A stretch of DNA of 63,934 bases, filler included, from Stramenopiles sp. TOSAG23-6 (GCA_900128565.1; 28 parts of 28 records of this genome joined end to end with filler, not necessarily neighbours in it); one strand, 5' to 3'; shown: positions 37,286 through 51,505, numbered from the whole stretch's first letter. Numbers and translations: made by a program. The notes: a model not told the origin generated them from the letters alone.

Positions 37286-37718
37286 TCTAGGAGAAAAATA
37301 TCGTCAAGCTTGCTTGAAATTATAAATTGATCACTAGTAACACGTTGACGTATGTCCTCTATTCTCGGAATCTTAATATATACAATATCTTGGTTTGCCC
37401 AACAATGAGTTGATGACAACAAGGGAATAATTGATGACAACGGATGATGAAAGTGAAGAAGAGAAGAAGTGAGTCAAAATTGAATAATTTGAATATTGAT
37501 GTTTTTTGGCGGGATCGGAGGTTATAATACTGTAAAAGCTTAAGATTTCGTGTAGAAACCGAATAAAACCGACAATAACTGCTTTTCGTTGGTAGTAAAT
37601 TTTGTACGTAAAATAATCTAGAATGAAACGGTCGAAGCGATATCTTACTCGGTCTGTGCAGAGTTCCAATTGGCACACAACCTGAACGACAATTATTCAA
37701 TTATTACAGTTCAAAATA

Positions 37719-38862
37719 ATGAAGCTAAATTTAAGCGTGTTGTTTTTGCTCATAAGTGTAAGTGTAGCAACGAGACCAAACGCATTGAGTGAAAATGGAT
37801 TTTCTCTTTTACACAGTGTACGAAATAATTACACTGATAATACTACGCTCTCCCGGGCAAAACAGAAGACAACTACGATACTTCTTGACCGAATAAAAAA
37901 GGAATGGATGATGGCTCTGCTTAGTGGGCAAGATGAGGTAAATGAAATCAGGAAGTCGGTGATTTTCGTACAGAGAGAAAAATCTAAAAATGAGCCCATA
38001 CACAAAGAATCATATCTCGCGTCAAAACTCAAAGGTAGAAAGCTACATAACTATGTGGTAAGTGGTCAATATGGATCGACTGGTTGGTTTAAATGGGCGG
38101 CTACACCTGGTATGTCTAGTGAGTATGTGGTGGCAACAGATCAACATGCTACAAAAACTAATGCGTACTATCGTATGAATTTGTCGAGCGATTATTTTTA
38201 TATGGAGATTGGACCTGGTCACAAGAACTCCAGCGGAGAGTACGATGCCGTAAATTATAGTGAAGGAAAGCTGCCAAATCTGCCAACAGGTAGCCCTAGA
38301 TGTCAAGGTGGGGTTCCTCGTTATTGGAAAAATTTTCCAACACATGCAAACGACCAATGTTTTTCTCATTACTTTAGAATGCTGTATGGCAAAAGCCTTT
38401 GTAAATTGCCTAGTTGGATAAGGAACTGGTGGAAAAATTACTACAAAAAGTGCTTTTACGAAGGAAAAGACGCTGCGTATGAATTTCAGTGGCATCGTTA
38501 TATGGCGGGGCGACCAAACCACTGCCGAAAACATACAAATGCTGGAGTTTACAGGGAACAAGCTGGCGAAAGGTGTTGTGTGAACCAGAGATTCGCAAAG
38601 CATTCTTTAAAATCTCACGAAATGTATCTTGAATACAAATGCCTACCAGGTTCGTATCAACAGGAAAATTCTAACCCAATGTTTCCAACTTACCCAGAGG
38701 GCACTTGTAATCGAAACGCTTTTTCAAATAGTAGACAATGTAATTTTGGACAATATTCGAAAGGGGGATTTTTTTCATCCGGAGAAGACGAAAAAAGTAC
38801 ATGTATTGATTGTCCAACAGGGAAATATCAAGATCAACAAGGGCAGTCAGAATGTAAAACCT
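37719..38862 (+). CDS. Secreted protein entering ephrin-receptor-like Cys-rich repeats (partial)
   Basis: Signal peptide and CIDCPTGKYQDQQGQSECKT. A family donor GTACGT is at 38863. Confidence 0.7.
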
Positions 38863-39028
38863 GTACGTTTTCATTATGAATTTCAATNNNNNNNNNNNNN
38901 NNNNNNNNNNNNNNNNNNNNNNNNNNNNNNNTTAATTAATTAANNNNNNNNNNNNNNNNNNNNNNNNNNNNNNNNNNNNNNNNNNNNTGCGTCAAACGAT
39001 ACCAAAAGATAAACAATTATTCAACAGT

Positions 39029-41169
39029 GTGCACAGCCGGGGTAAAATCCAACGTCTGTGGCATATAATCGATAACAGCAATATTGGGTATATTACACTT
39101 ACTGAGGTTATAGATTTCTTGATAAATGTGAAGGAATTTTCCCGTTTCAATAATCTTGTTGCTGTAAAGTGTGCGTTTGATTGTACTGTCCATAATATTA
39201 GTGCACGAACCGATGGCACCTTGGGAAGGCACGACTTTCCATCACTACTAAAGAACATATATTACATAGATACCCTATTCACAGTATTTGGTGTCTCGCT
39301 TAATTCCAAAATTGACTTCGATGAGTTTTCTCTAGGTCTTGAAAAACTCGGTGTATCTGCCATTCCTGTAGAGGATAGAAGAAAAATATTTTCTTCTATA
39401 TCCAATAATGGTAATAGTGATTATATACTTCTTAGCAGGCTTTGTGATTATACTTGCCGTCAAGCACAATCTCTATCGAAAAATCCCCCGCGCACAAAAA
39501 ATAATAAATACTTTAAAAAACATTGGGTTGCAATATTTCAGCAACCAATTTTTGACATTCAAACTATGAGTCCATTACTTGGTACGGGAAGTAAAATTTT
39601 AGTGAACAGTGAAAATAAAACCGAAGAATCCAACAAATCCGAAGATACCACTAAAATACATAAGGTACGCGAAGAAAGGGATTCGAGGTTCGCAACGGAT
39701 GATCCTTCAGATGAGAAAGTAGATTCTAAACCAATTAAAAATGAAAAAATCAGCAATAAATTGAAAAAAAGCATGAGTAAATTCAAAAATGCCAGACTTT
39801 TTGCAATAAAAGCTTCTTTATTGGCAAAAGCAAACGCTAAACAAAAAAAAAGCAAAGTTCTGTATCATGTAAAATCTAGGAAACTTAAGCTTCCACAAGT
39901 TGAAGTAAAAGAAGAATTTTCGGAGGAAAATTTCGAAGCAGATCGACAAGCTCATCAACGGGCTTTAGCTTCTGCGCTGAGTACACTTCCTTGCTATGAA
40001 TTATCCGTAGATAATTTTATTCGACATTGTGTGTCATCACTTGGTATATTGAATCAGTTGCCGTGCAAAGAGCTATGTGATGAAAATAGACAAGCTCACC
40101 GAAATGCATTACAAGATGTGCTAGCTATGCTTCCCTGCTCTGAAATGTCGAAAGCAAATTTTCTTCTACATCAAAATGCTTTGCTTGGCGTGTTGAATCA
40201 ACTACCTTGTAATGAGCTATCGAATGTAAATAGAGAAGCACACCGAGTTGCAATGCTTGGAATATTGAGTAATCTTCCTTGTAAAGAAATGTCACTGAAT
40301 AACTTCATTCTACACCAGCGAGCTTTTCGAGGCGTATTGAGTCAACTGCCATGTAATGAACTATCTAATAAAAATAGGGAAGCACACAGAATTGCGATGC
40401 TTGGTATTTTAAGTTATCTTCCATGCTCGGAAATGTCAGTAGCTCACTTTATACTACACCAACAAGCATTACGTGACGTATTGAGTCAATTACCATGTAA
40501 TGAATTATCTGGTTCGAATAGAGATGCACATACAATTGCCATGCTAGGTATATTGAGCACACTCCCATGCTGGGAAATGTCAGAAATTAATTTCGTTCTA
40601 CATCAACAAGCTTTTCGTGGTGTATTGAATGATTTAATTTTCACTCATGTCTATAGTCCAAACAGAGAAAAACACAGAGTATCCATGCTGGGAATACTGA
40701 ATAGTCTTCCTTGTTGGGAACTATCTGCTGTAAACAGGGAAGCACACAGAATTGCGATGCTTTATATATTAAGTACTCTTCCTTGTTCTGAAATGTCAGA
40801 AGCAAACTTTATCATACACCAACAAGCTCTACGAAGTGTATTGAGTCAACTACCGTGCAATGAACTATCTGCTGTAAACAGGGAAGCACACAGAATTGCG
40901 ATGCTTGGTATATTAAGTACTCTTCCTTGTTCTGAAATGTCAGAAGCAAACTTTTTTCTACATCAACAAGCTTTGCGAGATGTATTGAGTCAGCTACCTT
41001 GCAATGAACTATCTGTTGCAAATAGAGAATCACACAGAATTGCGATGCTTGGAATATTGAGTCAACTACCTTGTGATGAACTATCTGTTGCAAATAGAGA
41101 AGCACATAGATTGACGATGCTTGGAATATTGAGTAGCCTTCCTTGTTCCGAAATGTCCGAAGCTAATTT
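39029..41169 (+). CDS. Calflagin-like EF-hand protein with ~17 copies of a 24-aa LPCxExSxxNxxxH repeat (partial)
   Basis: LWHIIDNSNIGYITLTEV, FPSLLKNIYY; alternating A/B 24-aa units. Confidence 0.75.
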
Positions 41170-41269
41170 NNNNNNNNNNNNNNNNNNNNNNNNNNNNNNN
41201 NNNNNNNNNNNNNTTAATTAATTAANNNNNNNNNNNNNNNNNNNNNNNNNNNNNNNNNNNNNNNNNNNN

Positions 41270-42300
41270 AAGCATGTATTGTGAAAAATATTTTTTTTTT
41301 TGGTTTAAAAAAAATCGTTAGGTACAAAATTTCGTACGAAAAAAAAATGTTGGTAAAAAAAATCAATTTTGAAAACGTACAAGCTGCGTATGTTTCTGAG
41401 TTCGTCAATACATTCAAACTTGCGGCAGCTGCTTTAAATTCTCTATTGGTTTTTGCAGTTTCTAAATCCGTCATGAGAAGTTTGTAGTTTGTAGAAACTG
41501 TTGTAGCTTTAGAAGCTTCGCACGAAATACTTTGTTTTGTCACTTTTGTTGCTGGGGTGTCTTTTAAACTTTTTCCGGTTTGATCAACGAATTTAAATCC
41601 TCCAGTCGTTGCATCACCAGCCAAAAAAGAAAATTCCAAAGTTCCATCTGCATCACATTTTGCCAATTTTTCTTTCGTCAACGTAGTGGGATACTTTTGA
41701 CCATTATGAACGAAATCAGTAAACATAACAAAAGCTACTTTTCCTTTTTGAAAAACTTGTTTTCCGGTTTTGGCTCCAAATTGTTGGAACAATGCTTCTT
41801 GTGGTTGTTCAGAAGGCTGGACAGTAAATAGAGTGCTTACAGGTGGACCATTGTTTCTTGCATTTGTAAGCGTATCGGAGCCACAGCGAATTTGAAAGTT
41901 GCCGCTCCATAAACTTGCAATTAATGTGAAAGAGTGTCCTTCGTGCTCTNNNNNNNNNNNNNNNNNNNNNNNNNNNNNNNNNNNNNNNNNNNNNNCTCGG
42001 GTCAACTTTCATTTCTTTTATCCACGATTTGATGTTTTCTTCGGAACTGTCGGAAGATATGCGATAGATTTTACTATCTGTAAAGCCATCAGAATGCTTT
42101 TGATTTGGATCCTGTGTTAAGGAATCGGCAAGCTGAAGATAAATATCCTTGCTGTCCTTCGTAACACATTGTACAGATACGAGGCTTCCTGACATTCCGT
42201 CCATGTTAAAGGAACCTGAACGGTATGTGCATTTGTCCATACCCATCGCACTTACAAAACATAAGCAAATAACATAAGATGTGAGAATATATCTCATCAT
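41270..42300 (-). CDS. Secreted protein of unknown function (internal gap); GT..AT intron at 41274-41380
   Basis: Signal peptide MMRYILTSYVICLCFVSAMG. Confidence 0.55.
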
Positions 42301-43039
42301 TTGGGAACTCAATGAAAAGTAATTACAATTCAATGAGTTTGATATACTAGCTCGCTTTTTCGTTTTCATCGAAACTCGGCAAACTGCAAATCCTCGCAAA
42401 CTCGCTCCAAATTGACTCCTCCGACTCCTCCTGATCGATGCGCGGGAATTTTTTTGAACAAACCTGCTTGATTTTCCGTGGCGCGTCATATTCGACAATG
42501 ATATCAAATGCTCTGTTACTATGTATCATATTGTTCTGCACTGTCGTTTCAACATCATATGCCGCACTCGAAGGCTTATAGCAAATCAGGGGTTTATATT
42601 TAAACTTCCTGGGTGACTATTCTTTTAAGCTTAAACAAATAAATATATATGTAAATATACAAGTGTTCAGAATTGTGTTTTATTGTATTATAATGTAAAT
42701 GGTTAATATGCACTGGCTATAATGTACAGCCATTGCAGATTTCAACCATGACTAATATAAGAATGAGATTCTGAGATTTCTCTCGAAATCTCTAAGTATT
42801 TTTATCTCTTTTTATGGATAAACTACTCCAGTATCTTTGACTAAAAGATACCGTATCTTTCTAATTTGGAATTTCTATTTTTGAATAAAAATAATAAATT
42901 CATAAATTGAAATTAAAGATAGAATGATAATTTAATTAAATGAAATTAATCAAATATTAATTTCAAATATATAATTAATTAAATTAGATTTTCTATAGGC
43001 TTTGGACTACCTCCTAGGCACACTCCGCGGGAAACCGAG

Positions 43040-43395
43040 TTGCATAAGCTTGATTTCTTCAGATTAAAGGCAAAAGTCAAGGACCAAATCAAGAAAAGAC
43101 GCTATAATAACTTACAGAGTCTAGTGATTCCTGGGAAACCATACATGAATCCCCTTATTGCTAAGAAAATATCTTCATATGTAGGGTGGCTTGATGAGCG
43201 TGGTAAACCTAGCGAATCGAAGGTGTTTCACAGAATGTTTACTGACTTCAATCAACCATTGTTGATTGCTGCACGCGATGGCCTTGTTGGTCGTGTGAAA
43301 ACATTAATTGATGCTGGAGTAGACGTAAACCAACAGTCTTATAGGTACGGTGGGATCTATGGTCTGCCACAAGGTAACACTTCGTTGTCTTTAGC
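43040..43395 (+). CDS. Ankyrin-repeat protein (partial)
   Basis: PLLIAARDGLVGRVKTLIDAGVDVN...GNTSLSLA. Confidence 0.7.
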
Positions 43396-43641
43396 TGTAC
43401 GTTTTCTTCAAATTTTAATTTTTTTTTTGGTACTACATGTTGTGCCTAAGNNNNNNNNNNNNNNNNNNNNNNNNNNNNNNNNNNNNNNNNNNNNTTAATT
43501 AATTAANNNNNNNNNNNNNNNNNNNNNNNNNNNNNNNNNNNNNNNNNNNNAAAAAAAAAAAAAAAAGAGAAAGAACAAAACACGAACAGTTTTTTTTGTT
43601 CTGTTCGTATCTTTTCATCTTTTCGATGAGCAGCAAATCAA

Positions 43642-45730
43642 ATGAGAGAAGATTTAAAGGATTATGATGAGCAATTGCGGATAAGCACTGCAATCAAGGA
43701 AAAATCGGGTTGCGCTGTTCAAGGAGTCCATCCACATGTAGATTTGGACTTGTCAAATCGTCTTTCAAAGAAAAATAGAGTATATTTTCCAGATTGTCCA
43801 AAGGAGCTACACAGTGTGTCGAAAGAAAATGATACCCAAATACTGAAGAGTCGCCAATATAATTTACATATCATTAGAGCGAGCAATGTAAATCTCCCAA
43901 AACTTTCGAAACTTGAAAAACTTGAAGAATGGACTTCGCGTATCTATATAAAAGGACATGGTCGCGAAGGTATTTGTTCTGAAGTCTATTCGGTGGATGA
44001 TGAAGGTATGGTACCATTTGATTTTTGCTATACAGTTGAAGATTCAGAAGAAGAGACACTCAATGTTTCCCGCACAAATGGAATTGAAGTTAAAGTGGAA
44101 TGGAAATCTCCTAAGAAATCAATACTCGGTAGATGTAGAATTCCTTTCAGTGACTTTCGAAAAACGAAAAGAACTAGAACATTCAATCTATTTGGAGCAA
44201 GTAATAAGAGTTATAAGAGAGTAAAAAATTTAGGGCAAGTGAAAATTGAGTTTAACCTAGAAGGATCATTGGTGTTCTCTCTTCCTCTTGGTGGGCCATT
44301 TGGTATCCTCCCTTTAAATAGGAAACTGTCTTGCCATAAATTAGTCCCTTGGGCAGAACCGCTATTTTTAGCAGTAGGTTCTACTCAACTCCCTCTAAAT
44401 GAATTTGTGATAAAACAGGTTCCAGACATTATTGCAAGCCATGCCCTAGGTACTAAACATTCGTATTTACAAAGAGGTGATTTGATTTTAACATCGCATC
44501 GCATTTTATATCTTCCGTACAGTCTGCCTGGTATGAGTTCAAAAAATATGAATAAAACAGAAGAAAATGTTACAATTCATGATATAAATAAAGACACAGA
44601 TGGTCTACATCATCCCCTCACCATGCCGTTGTCAAGCATTCATCTGATACTCTATGCAGATTGTCAAGAAGAGACAGGGGAAGTTATATCATTAGGAAAA
44701 ATACGAGTCTGGCGCAAAACAATTCAATATACAGAATTTCATGCATCCAACAGAATTTCGTGTCTAACACTAAAAAGAATTGTTCACGAAGTTTATGTAC
44801 GGTGCCAAGAACGAAACTTTTACCGCACTTCAGAAAATTCAAATGATTATGAAGTTGAACGACAAAATAATTATGTGGATGGAAACATTCGTTTTTTTCC
44901 AAGGCTAGAGACACATTACACACCACCATGTCCTAGTGTAACTAAAATATTACTTGCAGATTATGCCCGAATGTATGCTGTAGAGAGTAATAATTGGCGC
45001 GTCACAAAAGTAAATACAAATTATGATTTGTGTACGTCTTATCCTCCGATCTTTTGTATCCCTTGCAATGTTAGCGACGAAACCCTAAAGACTGTAGCAA
45101 TATGCTATGATAAAAATCGTTTTCCTCTGCTATCATGGATTCATCCCACTATGAAAACATGTATTTACCGGTCTGCTCAAAAAATAACAAATGACCAAAA
45201 AGCAATGAACGCTGATGAATTTTTCGTAAAAGCTCTACAAATGAAAGGTACAATACTTACTTTCGATGTACGATCCCGCCTGGATGCTACTTATAATAAG
45301 ATTACAAAAGGTGCATCATTTGATCCAAATCAAACCTTCTTTCAAAACATTTACTCCTCGCATCTTTTAAGTCGTTTGTTCGATGATGTAATGGTGGAAT
45401 CAGTAACAAGAGAAAATACTGGTGAACATTTGCCACCAATGATGCTTTCCAAAGATGGAAAAGACAAACAGCCAATTAGTACGTGGCTGCATCAAGTTCG
45501 AATGTTATTGCACAGTTCTTGGATAATTTCGTCAAGACTTGAAGACGGATATTGTGCACACATTCATTGTTCTCATGGATGGGATAGAACAACACAGATC
45601 AGCTCTCTTGCACAGTTAATTTCAGATCCATATTATCGTACAATTAAGGGGTTTCAAGTTCTAATACAGAAAGAGTGGTTGGCTTTCGGTCACAATTTCA
45701 ACACTCGAACGGCGTATCTCCCTCTAGCAT
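43642..45730 (+). CDS. C2-GRAM-myotubularin phosphatase (partial)
   Basis: LCTSYPPIF, RFPLLSWIHP, HIHCSHGWDRTTQISSLAQL, DPYYRTIKGFQVLIQKEWLAFGHNF. Confidence 0.92.
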
Positions 45731-45862
45731 NNNNNNNNNNNNNNNNNNNNNNNNNNNNNNNNNNNNNNNNNNNNTTAATTAATTAANNNNNNNNNNNNNN
45801 NNNNNNNNNNNNNNNNNNNNNNNNNNNNNNTTTTACAAAAAAAATATTTTTTCACAATACAT

Positions 45863-47075
45863 GATGTGTTGTCTTTTAATACACACATTGGAATCTATCA
45901 TAGTCGTGTTTTGGTTTTGTGACAAGAAGAAAGGAAATACAAAACTTTCATATCATCTTTATTTTGAAACAATATTAACTTGGACTTCGCTTTTAGCTGA
46001 ATTATCTGTCCAAATAATACATAGCCCAAGTAAAAGTGTATATTGTATGACATTTTTACCCATAACTAGAGGTTTTCGAGTGCTTCGTTTACTCACAGTA
46101 TCGTCATACTTTGATAGAATGTGGAGGGCAATTGTTGTTGCAGTACCAGTTCTATTTGCTCTTTCAGCAGTTTGGTTAGGTCTTACATATTCATACGTAA
46201 TTGTTGGTATGGAACTATTTGGAAAAATTGGTGATAAAGAAGCACTTGCAGGAGAAGTTGATGATTATGCTCCTTTTGGTAGGAATATAGGTAGACTTAG
46301 AATAAATAAAATGCTTCATCAAATTGAAAGAAATAAAAATCCTGCAGCAGATGCATTTGTAAATCACCAACATGTACGTTTTTGTCATTAATTTCCAATT
46401 TTGTTTTTTCGTACGAAATTTCGTACCTAACAAAAAAACAACCAAAAATTTTTTCACAATACATGCACTATTTACTGGTTTTGCATCAACATTAGGTCTA
46501 CTTTGGCAATTGACAGTATCGAATAATTGGCAAGATATGTACGTTTTCACTATGAATTTGAATTCTTTTTACGACGAAAATTTTTTACCTCACGAATTTC
46601 AAATTTCAAATATTTCTTAGGACACATAATGCATCCCAACATTGAGCGTACGAGTCAATACTATTCCTGGTATTTTACAACTTATTATTGGTTATGCCAT
46701 ATGTTCCTATTAGATGTTATTATTGGTGTTGCGATTGATGCTGTACAAAATTTAGATGATGAAGATAATAAAGTGAAAGATAAAGTCAATGAGGGAGGTA
46801 ATCGCCATTCTAGCATATCTAGTTTAGATTACAATACTTCTGGTCTTAGTTGGAATTCACTTTTAGGTTTTTCTGAAGACGTCACAATAGAGAATGTTCT
46901 CAAAGAGGACCACAAAATGGTTGATGGAATGACAGCAAAGTTGACTGCTCAATCAAGAGAAATAGCATACGATACATTTTCAGATCAAACGTCTAAAGCG
47001 GCAAAACTTTGGAAAAAAGCCATCACTGCAGCCATGTCACCTAAAAAGTTTCCTCAACTTCACCAAAAAGACTAA
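45863..47075 (+). CDS. Two-pore/voltage-gated cation channel C-terminus; GT..AT introns at 46374-46464 and 46539-46627
   Basis: S4-like RGFRVLRLL, YVIVGMELFG, pore LTVSNNWQD-I-M, FLLDVIIGVAIDA. Confidence 0.8.
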
Positions 47076-47132
47076 AACTTTTGATGTATAAAAAACTAGA
47101 AGTTTCTGTCATATTTGTTTTTTTATTTATAA

Positions 47133-48010
47133 TCATGAAATGATACAACAACTTTTTTGATGTTGTTTCTTTGGTATATTAGTCTCTGATACAGACTTTC
47201 CATTTCGAGTGCAGACCGAACTTTCTAAACTACATTCGTCGTCACTCTTACCTTTATTGCATGTTGTTGCTTCACTTGAATAATTTTGTTTTTTTTCTTT
47301 TGTATTCATATCTTTGCTGCATGTTGTTGAATAATTTTGTTTTTTTTCTTTTGTATTCGCCGAGTCAAATTCATTGTTTGGTTTCTCTATTTCTGAAATG
47401 TTGACATTTATTGGTTCAACCTCACTATTTGGTTTCTCTGTTTTTGAAGTGTTAACCACAAGATTTTTTGAATTCTCTTTATTTTGAACTCTTTCTAAAA
47501 TGTTCCGCTTTGTTTTGGCTTTTAACATTTTTTCTCTCTGTCTATCTTGCTCCCAAGCAAAGCGTGCGGTTGCATTTGCAGGTGGTGATACGTCTCCTCG
47601 TGATTGCTTTTGAAGTTCAAGGCGTTCTTTTNNNNNNNNNNNNNNNNNNNNNNNNNNNNNNNNNNNNNNNNNNNNNNNNNNNNNNNNNNNNNNNNNNNNN
47701 NNNNNNNNNNNNNNNNNNNNNNNNNNNNNNNNNNNNNNNNNNNNNNNNNNNNNNNNNNNNCTTCAGCTGGTGTAATTGATTCAACAAAATTGTCATTCCT
47801 ATTTGGTGTCCTTGGCGTATAGAAATTGGGCGAATTTACTGCACCTTGACTATGAAAGGGTGACGTTGAAGAAATTTGTAAGTGATGTGGTAGACTTGCT
47901 TTGACATGCAGAGAATCTTTGACAGTATCATTTTGAGTATTCATTGTCAGTCCAGTTTTAAAAGGTATTTCCGATAGGTACTCGCGCTGCTTATTTGGAG
48001 AGTAATACAT
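47133..48010 (-). CDS. Low-complexity protein ending in a CaaX box (CIIS), internal gap
   Basis: C-terminus KSCCIIS*. Confidence 0.5.
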
Positions 48011-48110
48011 NNNNNNNNNNNNNNNNNNNNNNNNNNNNNNNNNNNNNNNNNNNNTTAATTAATTAANNNNNNNNNNNNNNNNNNNNNNNNNNNNNNNNNN
48101 NNNNNNNNNN

Positions 48111-50288
48111 TAGACGCAATAAATGAATTAGAATCCGAAATTATTGCCCTGGTCAAAGATAAAGAACGACTTCGCAATCTTTGGCATATGATTGATTTTA
48201 ATGGAAATGGAAAGGTCTCTCTTGCTGAAATTGATAGACTTATAACCGAGGCATATCCCATTCTTGATAACAAGCTTGCAACAATGCGAGCATATAGAAT
48301 TACAATAAAAACGGGTGATGGTGATGCATGGGTTGAACAACACGAATTTCGATCACTCCTTCGTAATCTTTTTTATTTTAACAAACTCAGTGTCATGTTT
48401 GATAAAATTGATTCTAATCATGACAGACGTATGAGTTTTGACGAATTCTACAAAAGTCTTGATCTACTGGATCTACAACTAGCTAAACAAGAAGCTCGTG
48501 AAGAATTTGAACTAATGGATCAGAATCACGGGGGTATGGTTTTATTCGATGAGTTTTGTAAATGGTATGCTGAAATTACAATGCCTATTCCCAGGGATAG
48601 AGGTTATAGTAACAAAGTACCAAAGGATAGATCACGTTTTGATGAGAATGAATCTCAAGAAGAGCAAAGATATTTGCCGCGGCAGCATTTTGTAGATGTG
48701 TGTAAAACTTCAATACTCAGAAATCCTATGTATCTCTCCAAACGATTTTCAGATATAGAGCCTGATATACTACAACTTTTAAAAAATTCAAATAGGTTGG
48801 AAAATATTTGGTACGGATTTGATTCTGATAAAGATGAAGTAGTTACATTAGCCAAAGTTTATGAAGTAATGATGAATGCGTTTTCATTATTAGATAGTAA
48901 AGTTGCGGCAGCTTATGCGTATTCCGCAGCCAAGAACTCAAATGCCAGTAAAATCCGTGAAAATATTTCAAACAATTCAAATAACTCCGATGATGAATCT
49001 AGTGATTTTTTTGCCACTGTTGATTCTTTACAAGCCGAGAAGGATATGAAGAAGAAGAAAGCATCTTCAATGATAGCCAATAAAAATAGTTTTTCTAGCA
49101 GCGACAGTATTGATAAGGTAATGTCCGAAGTTGTGACATATGCAATATTTCCTGAATTATTGTGTAATATATTCTACTTTAATCGTGGTTTCGCAATTTT
49201 TAATCTACCTGAGAGAAACAGTAACGAGCTAATCGATTGTGAAGCATTCATACAGAAATCATCCGATATGGGTATTGCAGAATTATCACGTGAAGTAGCA
49301 CTATCTAGTTTTCACAGTATTGATTCCAAATCAGAACAAAGTGGTTATATTACATACATAGAATTATTTAAATGGGTCAGTCATTACCGTAGATCTTCAT
49401 TGAAGCAAAATTCATTTTCGGATATAAAAGAAATATCAAAAGCAACACACCCAGATCAAAATGAAGAAATGCAAACAAAACTAAGTAGTCGTGTGATTCG
49501 TGAAAAAAGCAATCGGCGAGCATCTCTGACAAGCATTCATCCTGACGTCGATGCAAATCATCCTGCATCATGTCAACATCCAGATCAATTAAAAGCAAAT
49601 ACTACTATATATTATGTAGGAGATACTGTTACCGTATTTGATCCATCTAACCCAACGGGTATTCCAGAAAAAGATTGGGATATTGCTACTGTGACGGAAA
49701 TATTTCCTGAAGATCTTGATATTGCTGTAAAATATAAAGTAAAAGATATCGATGAAGAAGTTGTTGGCTCCGACGAATTGCGAATGATTTCGCGTGGTCC
49801 ACTTGGAAAAATCGCTGAAGCAAAGAAAATATCATCATCTGCAGAGAAAGAGAATGCAAAGGATGAAATACCTTCGAATGAACATTCGCATGTGCTAACA
49901 ACAAACGAGCTTGCGTCAATACTCAATCCGGCTATGCTTACCTGGTCATTAAAAGATTGGATTATTCACGCCAGAGTGCAACAAATAGTAGACGAAGACA
50001 ATGCGGCTGGCTATTGTCCTTGGATTGAAGTATGGAATCCTGAAAGTAGCTCCTATTACTTTTGGAATTCAGATACACAGGAAACAACATGGGAACAACC
50101 AAATGATTATAGAATGAAAGCTGATGCTAGAACTATTACAGCGGTGCTACGATTACAAATGTGGGCCCGAATTATTAATGCTAAAAAGAATTTGTCGGAA
50201 CGTCGCCAAGTTGTGACAGCAGCAGCCAAGATAGCAATGTGTAAAGATAAATTGTTTCTTCAAGACACAGTTGAAAGTGCCTCAGCAA
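48111..50288 (+). CDS. Calflagin-like EF-hand + WW + IQ protein (partial)
   Basis: DFNGNGKVSLAE, DSNHDRRMSFDE, DQNHGGMVLFDE, WIEVW...YYFWNSDTQETTWEQP, LQMWAR. Confidence 0.85.
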
Positions 50289-50507
50289 NNNNNNNNNNNN
50301 NNNNNNNNNNNNNNNNNNNNNNNNNNNNNNNNTTAATTAATTAANNNNNNNNNNNNNNNNNNNNNNNNNNNNNNNNNNNNNNNNNNNNAAAAAAAGTGTA
50401 TGATCAAAACGAAAAATGTAGTTTGAAAAAAAAAAAATTATATTTTTTTTGTTAGGTACAAAATTTCGTATGAAAAAATAAATCTAAAATTCATGATAAA
50501 AACGTAC

Positions 50508-51505
50508 AAGGTCACCGTCTTTCCTTGCCTTGGATAATGATGAATGAATGGTCTCATCGTCAATGGATTGAGTGAAAATAACACTAGATAAATTTGTGTT
50601 ATTCAATGACATATTTTCGAGTTGGTTTGGGTTATTATTATTTTTCTCTTGTAACTGATTATTTAAATCTCGATCTTTTCTCCAATTTGAAAGTTTTTCC
50701 ATTGTTTCGTCGATATTAGCAATAATGACGTCATGTTTAGCACAAGCAGCTTCTAAAGACTCGAGTTGTTTTAGACGAACACATGTGTTGTGAAAAAATA
50801 TTTTTAAAATTGTACATTGGTCAAAAAAAATCATTATGTACGAAATTTCGTACAATTGTTTTTTTTTTTTTAAACATACCATCTTCAATGACACGAGAAG
50901 AAGATGTCAAAGTATTAGTTGCTTGTAAGAGAGCATTGTTGCTTGATGAATGTTGATACGTTAGCTCATCGACTTGATCCACTGCTTCAGATGCTGTAGC
51001 CATCGCACGGGCATGTCGTGATACAGCAGAATTTGAGTGAGGCGGAGATATCTCTGTTTGAGTCATGGATGAAGACTCTTCTTTGCCTTTTTCTATCGGA
51101 GAATTCATTTTCAAGAAAGTTGTAAATTCCACAACAATGATGGAATCAATTAGTCTTCTGCTTGCCAGTATTTTTACTTGTAGTGCTTGTGGATGCCCTC
51201 AACAATTTCCAATTAGAGCGGACACAGTAAATATAGGGCAAAGAAACAACAAATGGAGCAAATATAATCCAGTAACCTTCAACTCCAGTCACAGTAGAGA
51301 AAGTCTGAAGAATCAATAAAGTAGATCCAAGGATACTACAAATTATGTACACGCACAGTATTAAATCGTAATTTACGCCGACTGCCGGTTCAAAGATATT
51401 CATTTCTACAATGCGTAGATGTTTGGTCCGACGCGAACACAGACAAAAAAGCAAAGAGAAAAAGACAGAAAAAAGACAAAAAAGCACAAAAAAGAGAGTG
51501 ACCAC
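50508..51505 (-). CDS. Membrane/coiled-coil protein of unknown function; GT..AT intron at 50783-50879
   Basis: G|GTATGT...AACACAT|GT gives EDG-VRLKQ. Possible frame break near 51140. Confidence 0.45.
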
